Shown piece after piece: positions 12,001-25,110 of a stretch of DNA of 60,000 bases. This stretch comes from Lytechinus pictus. Lineage: Eukaryota. The stretch spans positions 20,896,001 to 20,956,000 of the forward strand of contig NC_087251.1 of NCBI RefSeq assembly GCF_037042905.1, written 5' to 3'. The notes beneath the pieces are model-generated. The model made no database searches. It was not told where the DNA came from and worked only from the letters and a program-made list of their open reading frames with translations. How positions within the stretch are numbered: the first letter of the stretch is position 1; every line of letters starts with the position of its first letter. The translations under genes were made by a program, and so were the position numbers.

Positions 12001-14952
12001 TATAATTGTTATAGGCCATTTCTTATATACAAAAAGGGCAAGTTAGGAAAACATTCAAATTGTTTCAGGACCAAATGAACTGAAATCATTTGGAGACCTC
12101 ACATTTGGCTTTCCATGATTATAGAAATTGCATGAAGAACACATGAAGCTCATGAAAGTAAATGAAATTTTGTCTGTATATCCATAATTGAATATATGAA
12201 CTTTGTGAAGGATTCAATCTGTCGTCGATTTAAAAAGAAATTATCTGTGAGAGTACACACCTTTACAAATAAGCACAATACATTGTTCTACAACAACTCT
12301 GACTCACAACCTTGGTAGAGGATGAATAAATTTTGTATCTGAAAGAATTAACTTTTTCAATAAAAATAAAAAGAGGTGACTGTTGATATTGATACTTGAT
12401 GTGAATTTAGACAAAACTATGAATTGGTCAGACACATCAGCCTCTTGTTAATTGCTTTGGCTTTAATATTCAAAATCCATTTGACACCAAATTTATCTAT
12501 TACCACTGTAATTATATTTAGCCTGATCTAAATTGAATTTGTCTACTGCTGTTTAAAGTAATTTGATCGTACATTGTTTAGCTTAATTGCTTATTGGCGC
12601 AATATTAATTTGGTTCTTTTAAAATTTAAGCTTTTTGTTTCTTCATTTATTCAGTGATCAACGTATATCTTATTAGGATTTCTCCATTTCATGCAATGAT
12701 TAACTAGTCTATTATAATATTAGGTATTTACTCTCATAGACTATGTGGCCATTGGTCATAGCCCAACTGGAAATAATATAAGATGACAAATGATATATGT
12801 GGTAGTGAGACCAAATATTAGTAAAGACAAACTGATTTCAGTATCATTGGTTCAAATCCCACCGCTGCCACCATTAAACCAAGATCAGAGATATGACTTT
12901 GATCACAATCCAGTCTTCTTTGTTTAGCCAAAATTCATATAGCCAGTGAACACCCGACACGAAATTGCGCTGTCGATACTGACAATACCAGTGGTGCAGA
13001 TGGAATGGGATTAAACCATATGGGATGAGACCAAATTTGCATTTTATCATTCTTATCTCCCACTAATGATAATAATTCAGCATCATTTCATGCTTTCAAG
13101 TTATTAGCTGTTTTGTGGGAGCTGGGATGCAATTGCAAACTAACCAGTATGTTTTCAAATTTATTTATACATCTGTGTTCTTCTTAAGTTTATATCGTCA
13201 TCATTATTCTTGTGTGTACTTTAAGACTCATTGCTAATTTTACATTGGTTGATTTGTTACCAGTTTGTCTAAGAATTGTGTAGGACCAAGTGCATCAAGT
13301 GGGAATTTGCTAAGTAATTGAAAATTTAAGTGGTAGAAATTACTTTTAAAAAATGCTCATTATGCAAACTAGTTTAATAGAACTGGACCAGACCACATGT
13401 ATGGGACAAAACCAACTAAGCATTATAAGAAAAAAAATGATATTAGACCAAGTTACAATTTATATTAAAGTAGCTTATGAACCCTATGGTAATTAAGAAT
13501 TTGTCCCTTTGTTAGAAGTGTCTTAATCTGTTCTGCATGATCGATTATTTTATTTGTTCATATGCATTGTTTGGCTTCACGTTTGGTTTCATGTGGGTGT
13601 CATAAAAACAACATTGTTGGTGTGTAGTACATGTAGATAAGATAATCTTCTACTGTTGGATAATTTGTTCTATTTCAATGTGCTTTAAATCTACTTAAGT
13701 ATATTGGACCATTGATGGGTGTTGTTTTGAAGATTTATTGGGTGCATTTTTCATTTGAAACATGTTTTTACTGTCAAAGTCTGTTATTTTTCTAACATCA
13801 TCATTGACATCAGCTTTTAAAAAAGATTGATGCACATGCATAAACAGTTATAAATATGCAAGTAAACTATGCTGTTTGAACAAGATTTTGTTTAAAAGAA
13901 ATATTTGATCTTTTGTGAAGATCTTAAATCAATTATAAAATCTAATAATGGCAATCTGGGGAGTGTATGTTTTGTGATTGAGCGATTAGTCAGTGACTTC
14001 CTTGACAATTGTTGTAAGGTAGTGAAATCTTTGGATCCTATTGGCGGAGGGGAAATTTGTGAATGAAAATCACTAACAAGAATCTCCGCTTGACTGTTTG
14101 AAAAAGGGAGTGTTACATTCATTAAAATGAAGTTCAAAAATTATATTAAGATTGATGAAACATGCTCAGGTTTAGAATCATTGCAGAAAAGAAACTTGAA
14201 ATATATACATTCACTTGCCAGTAAGGACCATTGAGTAATATTACATCCTCTTCAATTTTTGTGTTTCCCTTCAGACACACTGACTGTTGAAAAACCAGAA
14301 CTACCAAAGGAATTGAAGAAGAAAAAAAACAAGGAGCAGACTAAAAATGGAGAGATGCCATCTTGGGCGACAAAGTTTCTCCAATCTAATAACATCAAGG
14401 CATCCGTGGATCTTGGCTCTAATGAGGCTCAGTCTGGGTGAGTTTCTGCACTTTTTATTCTACTGGGGAAAAAATGATGCAATTTCATTATCATTATTAC
14501 AAAAACATGTCCTAAGGGAAACTAGATTTTAGTAACTGGTCACACTTTGGTAACCAAATGTGGTATAAGCACTTTAAACAATGACGTTATACTGGACCAA
14601 TTTCTGTGAGCTTTTATGGTCTCTTTCCTGTATAATAAGTGAAATACCATTTTAAGTCAGGGATTTCGAATTCTGTATTGGAAATAGAAATGACTTTCAA
14701 TTTCAATTAGCACTTCTGGGAAAATATATTGCTAAAATGATAAAATACCATATTTTTCTGTTTCATATATATATATATTTTTTTTTTTTGGGGGGGGGGG
14801 TTATGATAAAATCTCACAATCTCCATGTTTTTAGTCAAGAACAAAGAAATAATGCAGTAGATGTCAGCTAGCATTTCTAACATTTTATTTTTTCCTGATC
14901 TAGATCTTCAGATGAGAAAGAAAAACCTGTCGTTGCAGAAGATCAAGTATAG
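1..14952 (+). CDS. 3' portion of a two-pore-channel-like (voltage-gated cation channel superfamily) gene with C-terminal SH3 domain; 5' end lies outside the window
   Basis: Phase-consistent GT/AG exons: <1-66, 473-536, 1005-1081, 1389-1485, 2114-2170, 2592-2663, 5778-5984, 7060-7266, 7753-7905, 8351-8419, 8828-8850, 9454-9511, 10094-10166, 11595-11624, 14275-14437, 14904-14952 (TAG). Translation gives pore helix and filter GFDSFSCSLLMVFQIVTTSNWHEIMNA, then S6 WACIYFVGCFTTINLVVMNLFVAIAIEAF, then a charged tail containing an SH3 domain and ending SSDEKEKPVVAEDQV*. Confidence 0.85.
473..1485 (+). CDS. Pore-loop/selectivity filter and S6 exons of the channel (473-536, 1005-1081, 1389-1485)
   Basis: FQIVTTSNWHEIM...YFV...MNLFVAIAIEAF matches the pore-S6 pattern of TPC domain II (FELTVVNNW..IM / VAFILEAF) and of Cav/Nav repeats (NLFVA). 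Confidence 0.88.
3528..4195. mobile_element. Degenerate non-autonomous DNA transposon (piggyBac-like ends)
   Basis: TTAA-tcctaactgcatg(G)n at the left end and a loosely complementary cagtattaagggt at the right end, with an AT-rich interior. The TIRs are imperfect. Confidence 0.3.
4700..5135. repeat. Degenerate interspersed repeat with reiterated TTGGTCTA / TAGACCAA motifs
   Basis: Several ttggtcta motifs are followed by several inverse tagac(c/t)aa motifs. Similar motif clusters occur at ~12735-13040 and ~13240-13500. Confidence 0.4.
5466..5610. mobile_element. PIF/Harbinger-like MITE
   Basis: TIRs ggacccattgcata / tatgcaacaggtcc flanked by CTG/CAG, with internal inverted ctctggcaaa / tttgccagag. 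Confidence 0.55.
5778..7266 (+). CDS. SH3-domain exons of the channel tail (5778-5984, 7060-7266)
   Basis: MIFVMTAFRATKDSELNLNVGEEIEVVGK | QDEWWEGRKDNEEQGWFPASHVKEI contains the SH3 hallmarks EL, WW.G and G.FP..(Y/H)V, joined by a phase-0 intron. Confidence 0.9.
6137..6540 (+). mobile_element. tRNA-derived SINE with Deu/Nin-type core (DeuSINE-like)
   Basis: A box tggctcagtcgg and B box ggttcgagtcc. The core ggacgtttaa...gcacgttaagaacccactgcactattcgtataagagtagggg...ccccggtg resembles the Deu domain. It ends in an (AAT)n tail and lies in the intron that splits the SH3 domain. Confidence 0.85.
10200..10520. repeat. Pyrimidine-rich (CT) low-complexity tract
   Basis: Intronic CT-rich run. It accounts for most of the 227-aa ORF 10073..10756 beyond the true exon 10094-10166. 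Confidence 0.7.
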
Positions 14953-17900
14953 CAGACCTTGTCCTAAAGCTAATTAAGGATTCAGATATGTAGATTGCAA
15001 TTAAAGTCACAAATTCTATTATAAAATTACATGTACATGTAAGTGATATGGGGGAGGGGTGATAGGCACAAATTTAATCAGACAAGACTACCGTACACAT
15101 TTATAGGTGCCTTCTTTATTAAAATGTTTTTAGAAAATAGAAATTCAGTTTAAGGAGTAAATTTTTCACCTTTTTATTAATATTTAGAGACTGGAAATGG
15201 CTTTCGGGGACTCTGAATGTCCACTCATATCTGTTAACCTTGGATTATGTCAATTGGCTATAATTTTCATATCTTCTGAAATTTGTGAAACAACTAATTC
15301 AGTATTTTCCATCAATATGGCAAACATCCTTTTAATTGTAAATGCTATCAATCATTATTGATGAACAATGTGGTAATGTGTAAATAGTACAGCTATCCCA
15401 GTGATACATTAATGAATGAAAATTACTGCATGTTGTAAAAGACCTGTGATTATAATGCAATAGTCCCACTTGATTGTTATCTGTTAATATTTTTAGTTCA
15501 TTACTTGTAAATTAATTACAGCTGTTCTTTTATTGGATATATGACATCTTGTTATCTAAATAATAATCTTGAGATTTGATCCAATGATTTTCTAATGTTT
15601 TATATGTTTGGATGTTTTGAAGCAGATATAAATGATGTAGTGATAATATGCAATGATTATGATCCAATGATAGTGTGTGATTTTTTTTAAGGCAATGATG
15701 AAATGATTTTGTAATAATTTAACAAAGTATTCATGTGCTGCATTGCAACCATGTGAATGATATGATGAAAATCTTCCTTTTTATGCAAAGCTAGCATATT
15801 TTTAAGTGATTCAATTGGAGAATACCCTGCAATTTTGGGATTTGAGAACTGCATTGAAATGAAACATGAATTTAAGTGTAACTTGCTTTTTATAGCTTTG
15901 CGATATTACTGTACATTGTATATATGGTTTTGTAAGAATAAATCTCTATTATGCCTTCTTTATTCCATCCAGCACTCCATTCAGAATGTTCAGTCCAGCC
16001 TATATTCACGTGTGCTTCTTTTATTGTAAGATATTGAATTTACTTGGTTATGAACTATGATGTAAACAATATCAAATGCATTCATAAATTTGTAAGATAT
16101 ATGCAAGATGTTTAATATGAATGTGGTTTGTACATTTTGTGTTTTTCTATTATAAATTAATGAATTGAAGATATTGTGATTTGATGACTTTCTAACTTCT
16201 GGTCTTTCAAATGAATTTGTTTTTAGCAGATGAACATTCCCTAGCAGCAATATTCCTATACCTCCTCACATTATAAATACAATGATCATACCTCTTTATG
16301 ATGCTGATGATGACAGTGGTGATGCTTTTTTTTTCTATAATTTCACATCTAGTTAGTCACAAAAATCAGTCATATATGTAAAATGATTGTACAGGTTATG
16401 AGAATATTTATCTTCATGGATTAGGTTGATTCTGGGTTTTAGTGTGGTATGTTCACATGTTTGGTTGAACAGGAGGTATTTTGTTTGTAAGAGTTTGGGC
16501 GCGATCCAATATGATCTGGAGACATGAAGGTTTGTGACTGAAGGGAAGAAAAGATTATCATTAATTGTTCTATGCACAGCTGCATCAGTTAATGTTATTC
16601 TCTTACAAACATCTACTTGTTATGCCATACATTGACATGTAACACATAGAACTTCCTAAATTCAGTCCTGATAAAATGATTTGCAAAATATGTAGTTTCA
16701 TTTCAAACTGAATATTAAGATAAAAGGTAGCTTACTCAAGTTTCCAAGTATTGTTTCAACGTTCTCAGCATACACGTACACATTATTGTTGAATTAGTAT
16801 CTATATGTTTACTATAACAACTGTTCTGTTGACGACTGATTGAGAACTGCTATCTTCACTTAACTGCTAATGTATAGAGAATGAATATTTTGTATACCCA
16901 AATGCTCTGATGCCTCAATTATAATATTAATTTCTTTGAAAAACATATTTCCACCTGAATAACATGGAATTTGTAATTATGATGAATAAAAAACTGGGTC
17001 TATAGTCCAATTCAAACACATTACTTTTTCAAGTTGACATAGCTTTGATATATTTCCAAAAATGAGCCTCAATAGATTATGAATCTATTTTTATACATTG
17101 CCTGTTGCTATGTCTGCTAAACCTTTTTTTATATCTTTCTTATCAGGATTTTAAAAATATCTTTTACTTTATGACCATTATCAGTTCACTGTCAGATTCT
17201 ATTTATGAAATAACCTACCAATTTATCACCAAAAAAACTTTTCTTAATTGAATATTTACAACCTTCCTTTTGATTCAACAGGGACAGCATTGTGTACATT
17301 GCATGTAAATTTTTATTAATTTTTTATTTTGAGATAAAGTATGATGAATGCAGACTTAATGGGTAATTTCCTCTTGCTTCCCCCAATGATCCAAATGTAC
17401 AAGACACAAAATGTAAATATGTAACTGAAGAATAAATCTATCATGTTAATATCAGTAATGGTTGTACTTGTCCATTTGCGTGACACTATAGAGCTTTCAA
17501 CCATATTTATAGTAATTTAATATCTGAGCCTCTGGAGCGACATCAAGAAAATGTATGTAATACGTGTATGTGTGAGGCATGTAAGGTACGGGCCTGCGCT
17601 GTACTAATACATCACAATTAATATAGCCACAATTATTTCAGCAGGTTTACCAATAAATTGAAATCCTAATGACAAACATAAAAAATTGCTCCAATAATAA
17701 TAGATTGAATTAAACATTTTACAGCTGCAGGTATTAATAATATTGATTAGCAATTTTCTGGAAATATCACACACTTCCCCCTCAGTTGACTCTCATTGAC
17801 CTAGTCAAGACTTGTGGCAATATGGAACTACCGGTACTTTGGGAAATATGAGACTTCTTTGGAACTTTATGGTTTCTCCCTCAAAGCCAGTCAATAACGG

Positions 17901-18854
17901 GGCCATCGAGTTTCACCCTCACAAATTTAGAAACAAACATTTTAAGAAGTTTTAAAAAGTGAAAGAGGATAGGAAAGAGAAAATACTTTTTCATTTTTCT
18001 TTTTCTTCCTTCCCTTCTTCCAGTTATTATTGATTTTTTTTCTGTATTTCACAGACAGTCGGTGGCAAATATGTTGACAAAAAATATGCTTCAATTTAAT
18101 TTAGAAAACTTAAGGTTTCATTAAATTCAACCTTGCTCCAAATTATCTTGTTGTCACTATGGTGCACTTATAAGCTTTAATACTCCCAATCTCTCTCCCA
18201 TCATCTCCAATTACATTGTTCTCTTTCAACTCTCACTTCATTCCCCTACAGTACATGTTTGATTCAAGAGTTAAATAATTAAAACATACCGACACGTTTT
18301 CAATGCTTCCAAAGAATTTGTATTTGGTTTCCATTAATACCAACCTTGTATGAACACAATAAGGCAGAGTTGTGAAGTATTAGTACTGCAATCTAAAACT
18401 ACTCACATCTAGAGCTTCAACTAAACCAGGGGCAGTTTCACTAAATTGTCTTCAAGACTTCCCAAGTCATAACATCTTACACAGAAATGTGTTAACATGT
18501 TTCTATGTACACAAACTGACTACGCTTTCAGTAAATGAATGTACACCAATGATTAAACACTTATTCCTACCAATTTGCAAGGTAATGTCAAAAGACTATC
18601 GATTAACAACTATGTAATACATGTAAACTGCTTTGTGCTGATAGTTTTGTTCAATAAATATGAAGAATAAAATTGAAGTACTGGGGCATTTATAAATGCA
18701 GATCGAACAAACCATTATTGAGTTATCACATTTTTTGAAAATAATGAGAAATTATCTACAAAATGGGTTTTAAATCAGCTGTGTCATATTTCAAACTTCT
18801 TAGGTTTGCCTATTCAAGATGTAATATTTCTAATAACACTAGAGATGATAAAAT

Positions 18855-19062
18855 ATGAGGATGGTAAAGGTGGTGGGGGTGGTATATGGTGGTGGTGGTG
18901 GTGATGATGAGGAAGATGGTGGTAATTGTGATGATGGCTGGGTGGTATATGGTGGTGGTGGTGGTGATGATGATGGTGGTGATGATGATGATGGTGGTGA
19001 TGATGATTGATTGATTGATGATGATGATGAGGAAGATGGTGGTAATTGTGATGATGGTGGTC
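18855..19062. repeat. (GAT/GGT)n compound microsatellite
   Basis: Directly visible trinucleotide runs with internal duplicated blocks. Confidence 0.9.
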
Positions 19063-22000
19063 ATTTTAGTCAATCAAGAACTTTGAATGGTAGTGTTACT
19101 TTCAACATCAGGGAGTTCCTTCTTGTTCACTTGATTGTATTGCAAATAACTTAAAAAGCTACAAAACATCTTTGCACAAAGAACATATTTCATTATATAT
19201 GATGACGCAAAAAATAAACAAATATTCCTTCTTTAATACCAATCTAATATTGCAACATTTTGTCTTGATTTTGAAGAATGTCAGGATGACTAAACATGTC
19301 ACAATTGTGATACAAAGTAATGAATCATTGCTTCAATGACACACTAGACTAGTGCTAACAAATCTTCAAACCGGTCATTGAGGCAGCCAATACATGTATG
19401 TGCTACAAACTATTGGTGACTTGACATTAAACTCCTTATTGATACTATTAAATGTTTTGATATAAAGTTATTTTGATATAATCAAGGAGATATCTCCTTC
19501 CATGTACGGGCATGCACAATACTATCAAGTTAATGACCCCTGAAGCCCCGATTGGCAACCCCTACATGTACCTCAAATGGTATGCAGACAGGATGTAATT
19601 GAGCCACATGACCGAGACAGATATCTGATGTGTTAACCACATTCATGAAACAACACATCCCAAGCTACATGTATTTTATGCATTATGTGTTAATAGTCAC
19701 AGTAACAAAAATGGCACTTGCACTTTTCTTGAATAACAGTTTGGGAAAAAATGCCCGTTTGATGGCCAAAACCAAAAACCCAAAAGGCCTTTTGAATATG
19801 TAAGGTGTATTCATCAACACTTAAATGATATCATTTGTATTTTTGCTAATAATTATGTGTAAAGTACAATGTAAACATTAAAATTAATGCTAGGAAGGTA
19901 CTCTTTCTTATTGAGAAAACACAAAATTCCCTTTTTTGTTTCAGGAGATGACTAGACTGAGGGTGGGTGTGAAAGGGGGGGGGGTGAAGGAGGAAGAGGG
20001 CCAGACCATGTAAGTTGGTAATACCACCATTGAGAGGGGAAGAGACTCGGATAGGGAAAAAAGTAAGGCATTTCTTATTGCCTCTAACTTATGGTAAATC
20101 GGTTTGGTGTAACAAAAGAACTCATACACATACATGTAGCCAAGTAACAAATAACTTCAAAATTCACGTAGAAGGGCACATGTCAATTCCACCTTTGTCA
20201 CAGACAAATACTTAAGATAATTTGTTATTCATGAAAATTAATCTTGCCAAATATTCAGGTACCAAGAGATGAAGAGTGTACATGTATGTAAAAATATCTA
20301 ATAGGGTTAATAATAACATAACAAATATGTTTTGCCAAGAGAAAACAGTTTTAAAGTTGAAGATATAATTTTCACTATAATGTTTATCAGTTAACAAAAT
20401 GATGGCAGTATGGTAATTATGCTGCATGTGCTTTCCACTTTATATTTTCAAGTTAGTATTTACAGGAAATTACAGCTTTAAAAGTTCCTTGTACGGAAAT
20501 AACAATGAAAAGTTTTCTTGACCATCAAGGCAAGGACAAGAATTTCACTATGTTCAGAAAAATGCAATTTGTACCAATTTCATGCTACTTGTTAAACCTA
20601 ATTAAAACTATACATACATGTAGTTAAACCAAAATATTTTTTATGAATGGCTGTCATGCATACCATACATGTAGACACAGTTTTGCAGACACGCAACAAA
20701 TGACAAATCTTTTTTTTTTCACCCAGTGAGTCAATACAGCTATTTTTTTGCATACACATTGCTTGCAAAAATCTGTCGAGTCAAAACTCTTTCTGAAAGA
20801 CATTGCAAAATAAATTCAATATTATGCATTCAGGAGATCTGACATCCATTACCAATACATTGGTGGTTTATTTGTCTTTACAAGGCTTATCTTCATTACA
20901 CTGATCATTAAACACAATCAAGAAAACAAATCAAATGTAAAGTAGTAAGATCAACATAGATCTTTGTGTAAAAGGCACCTGGTCACTGTAGATAATACCC
21001 TGTACCGGCATGTTTTTGAGCCAAAATATGAGCGACGTTGCACAATTTACATGACACATTTCCTGTTTTTCTACATATCTCCTTCCTGATGCCAACTTCC
21101 CAATTAATCCTGAAATCAAATTTACTGACCTCACCTATTGCAATCTGCTTGATAATACCACATTACACAATACTTGGCAAGAAGCTTCATCTATTAATGA
21201 GTTGGACAAACAAATGGCATATCTGAACAGTATTTTCATGTTGGCTCATTCCAATAATGTACATATAATTATTTAACAAATGGTTCCACAGTAAGATTGC
21301 TCAAAGAAATGGCATGGCTGATCGATAGAAATCAAATGATACAAAAGATAGCTTTTCAAACTAAAACAATGACCTACACATAGGAAAGTAAACAAACAAT
21401 AAACTTGTTACAAAACAGTGTTACACGTAAACAACACCCCATGGCAAGTGATTATCAAATGTATAATACTGTTGAAGACTTTTGTAAAGTACTTTTTAAA
21501 AAAGATACAGAAAAACAAAAAAAATTGTTGGCCAATAGAATGCACACTTGAATTCCTGAGAATGGATATTCTTGAACTCTTTAATGAGCATTCTATCTTC
21601 TTTTTTTAATTCACATTTTAAATATTTGTGCTTCTGACTGTACACAGATCTTTTCTCTTAATCATATTCCTTATGATTTGCTAAACACTTTGTTTTCACA
21701 AAATACCATCACTTGGCAAGGCACAACAGTTTTGATTTTAAAAGCAAGGTTTACCAATGTTTTTTACATAACAAATCAATGATTATCTTATTTTCTTGCA
21801 CAACCAGATTACATACATGTACAGTAGATACACTGGCAAGAAACGAAAACAGAATATACATATTTACACATCTACAAGAGTAAATTGTCTAGGAGTACAG
21901 TCGATAGCTTTCATCATACTACATGAAAGAAGCTACAAAGTACAATGTACATTCCATATTCACACACTGAGAACAAAAGGTGAGAGAGGGACCATCTATG

Positions 22001-22534
22001 ATAATATGAAACAAGCGAGTTGTATTCTACTTAAATTGCCAAAGGATATAAAGAAAATCAGATTTGGGGTAATGATGGAAATTATTTTATTAACTGCCAT
22101 TAATTCACAACTTGTAGCTTTTGTTCATCCTTTCAACCTAAATCTTAGGTTGGACAAAAACATTGAATAAGAAATTAATAAGAACCATCAAGAAACAACA
22201 CATTTTACAATGCAGTTAGAAAGAACTTGATGTTTGTTGTATAACACTACATTATGCTGGGTAAGTTTTAAGGAAATATTGTGTAAGCTTTGCACAGACT
22301 TTTGTGTTGTTCAACCCATCTGACATGTAAAAGTTCCCTCTTTACTCAATATTGGTTTAGACCAAAAAGTATATTTTTTATCTTAACTTTAATTCAACCA
22401 GTGATTGAAATAAATATGCACCTGTTGTGGCCTCGTATCTCAAGGTGGAATTACTTTAACTATGTTTTCCATCACACAACCAAAGTTTCATAAAATCAGT
22501 ACTTCATTCAGTGAAACTAGGCTGCCATGGACAT

Positions 22535-22816
22535 AAATAATAATAATAATAATATAGGGTATTTATATTGCGCACATATCCACCTTGTTAGGTGCTCAAG
22601 GCGCTCCTATATTACCCGGCTAAGCTAGGCGTTCATAGCGCACACAGCTTTTTAAGGAATTACTTCCTACCGGTACCCATTTACCTCACCTGGGTTGAGT
22701 GCAGCACACTGTGGATCAGTTTCTTGCTGAAGGAAATTACGCCATGGCTGGGATTCGAACCCACGACCCTCTGTTTCAAAGTCCGAAGACTAATCCACTG
22801 GGCCACAACGCTCCAC
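22535..22816 (-). mobile_element. Full-length tRNA-derived SINE
   Basis: On the minus strand: ggagcgttgtggcccagtgg (A box), gggttcgaatccc (B box), core actcaacccaggtgaggtaaatgggtacc, and a 3' end gcgcaatataaat followed by a (TAT)n tail. Confidence 0.9.
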
Positions 22817-23738
22817 TTTACTCTTTACTTCATGCAAAATTTTGCAAAACATTAAATGATTCTTGAATACACTGTACAGCAAAAAGCTTAATCTGAAATG
22901 CGTGCAACGTTGACATTTCTCCTTATATTCTACAATTGATTTTTATTCATCAGGCCCGCATGCAAAATTCATTCATGCGTCACTTGAGGCATAAAATCAA
23001 ATTTTAAGCAAATCCCTTTGACTTGCAGCAGTCTGCATGAATCTTATTCTTTTTGTCAATGAATATTTCTACAAAAATTCAGTATTCAACCATACCATAT
23101 TATTCTTATTTTCCCACTTCAAAATTGCAAAACAGTAGCTATCGTTGTAATTATGACACTTTCACAAAATTGTGAACATTAGGCTTTAAGACTAGGTCTA
23201 CCAGGACTCAAGGCCTTGATTAGGTCTATAAAACTGTTCTACTTCATAATAAATCACTATCAAATTAAAGTACACACGATCCCCAAATATGCACAATTTA
23301 ATAGTGATGTAAGATTCCACATACACTGCAGATCCCTCAGAGAGGACCTAAAGCCGTCGATCCCGATTGCTAGCAATCAGGTAAGAATCATCAACATATT
23401 ACAGAATTAACCAATAAAATGTTGTGAAGGTGATTCATGGAGACCCTCTTCTGTTCTCTTGAAAAGGATACTTTTTATCTGGTTTTCATCCTTTGGTGCA
23501 AACTCTCTGGGTTCCAACTTCCATTCTTTGGTGCCGACATGAATATCAATATCGGTAGTAAAAACACTTGACCAGAACATATTCATCTCTCTGTAAGCTT
23601 TGAAATTGGTTACAGACAGAGTCACACAATAAATATCAAAGGGTCTAAATTGTTTTTCCATGGGTTGTTCATCAAACATAATAAGTTAGATTTCATCTTG
23701 GTTCTTGGTCTAGGCTTATAGTGGGACTAGATCCACAG

Positions 23739-24589
23739 TTAATCCTCCATTTGTTCTTCATCTAGAGCCGATAGTTGGCTGAGCTGAGAGTCATCAGGGT
23801 CCAGATCCGAAGAGCTATCAACGACCTTCTCCATGTCTGACTTATAATCTTGGATGGATTCATTTAAAGACCATAGCTCACTCAAGAGAGATACATCCAG
23901 CTGACGAAGACCAACCTGTCAATGAAATCATCCAGAAACATTAATGATTATAAATTTATACATGTATATGCAATAACCATAATAATCATCATGATAATGA
24001 AAATGGTGAAAATAGAATAATGTTGATGAATAAATGATTAACATCACCACCACCACCACCATCATCACCATCACACCACCACCACCATCATCACCATCAT
24101 CACCACCACCACCATCACCACAATAATTTTGGATATTGTAGAGGCCAAAAATCGTATTTTTATTAAAAATCATATCATCCTCGCTAAAAAATACATATTA
24201 AATTCAATACGACAGGAATATGCCAACATATTAACAATATATGTCACATCATAGGCCTATATTCAATATACCCCTCCAATCCTAATTGCCCATTTTACTC
24301 AGAAGCTTACCATTTCTTTTCTAAGCAAGGCCAATGCAGCGTCTAGATTTCCTCTTGGTATTTCAATGCGTTTCCTCTTTTTCCTTCCTCCGCTCTTATG
24401 AACATGGCTTGGTGAAAATCCAGCTGCCAGACTGTCCTGTATGTTCGTTTGGTGGGCTAAAATTCTACCCATTTCACGGCTAGTTCCACTGTTGGCATTC
24501 AGAAGCCCACTCAAACTCTTTGGGAGTGCAGGCAGATCTGGTTTCTGGTTTGAATTTGGATCCATTTTGGGTTTCAGAATTAGAGACAT
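23739..24589 (-). CDS. FAM89A: FAM89 family protein (LRAP25/LURAP-like adaptor)
   Basis: Two coding exons, 24589-24311 and 23915-23739 (TAA), phase 0. The protein contains LPALPKSLSGLLN and NLDAALALLRKEM|VGLRQLDVSLLSELWSLNESIQDYK, the FAM89 signature. An alternative start is possible at 24565. A versus B orthology cannot be resolved. Confidence 0.92.
24040..24122. repeat. (CAC/CAT)n microsatellite in the FAM89 intron
   Basis: Directly visible. Confidence 0.9.
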
Positions 24590-24879
24590 TGATTTGAACT
24601 TTGTGTGGGAATAGACCAAAGTAGACTCTAAAAATCCAAAAAAAAAAAACGAGTCTGAATAAATATAGTCTAATCCTTAATTTTTGTCCTCATGTAAGAC
24701 TAAGAGGAACAAAACAAATGACAAGGATATAACTAGGTCTGTACTCTTTGTTTGAACTAAACTGTTAAACATCAATACGGTATATCATGGTCGGATGATT
24801 TCGGATCATTCTATCATTCTCTCCATTCGTTCCAAACTCTGAAGTCATAAACAAATTCCGACATGGATCAAAATACCAC

Positions 24880-25110
24880 AAGATGCATGTTCAGCCCGCT
24901 AAGGACGAGGGTAACTCTTGTCCCGGTACCGTAGATGATGGCTCCGGTGATGCTGGCTCTGCTCTGGCACTCTGCCTCTAGCTCTGCGTTGCACGGTGAA
25001 TGATCAGATTCTGATGATTATTAAATAGAATAGAGGTTAGGCTGTGCTCACACGCTAAGCCCGCCTGGGCTGACGGCGGGATCGATCGGCAGTGGTCGAC
25101 AGCGTCAATT
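24880..25110 (-). promoter_or_regulatory. GC/CpG-enriched probable promoter/5' region of FAM89
   Basis: Local CpG and GC enrichment 300-500 bp upstream of the FAM89 ATG, against an AT-rich background. Confidence 0.35.

Noticed and set aside
12943..13030. Possible extra phase-1 exon (SEHPTRNCAVDTDNTSGADG...)
   Set aside because: Weak splice sites, and it is embedded in a degenerate gaccaaat-type repeat.
22745..22816. tRNA-like sequence (also 6137-6212)
   Set aside because: These are SINE heads continuing into core and tail sequences, not stand-alone tRNA genes.
23407..23679. 90-aa minus-strand ORF just after the FAM89 stop
   Set aside because: No recognisable homology or splice support. It is probably 3' UTR.
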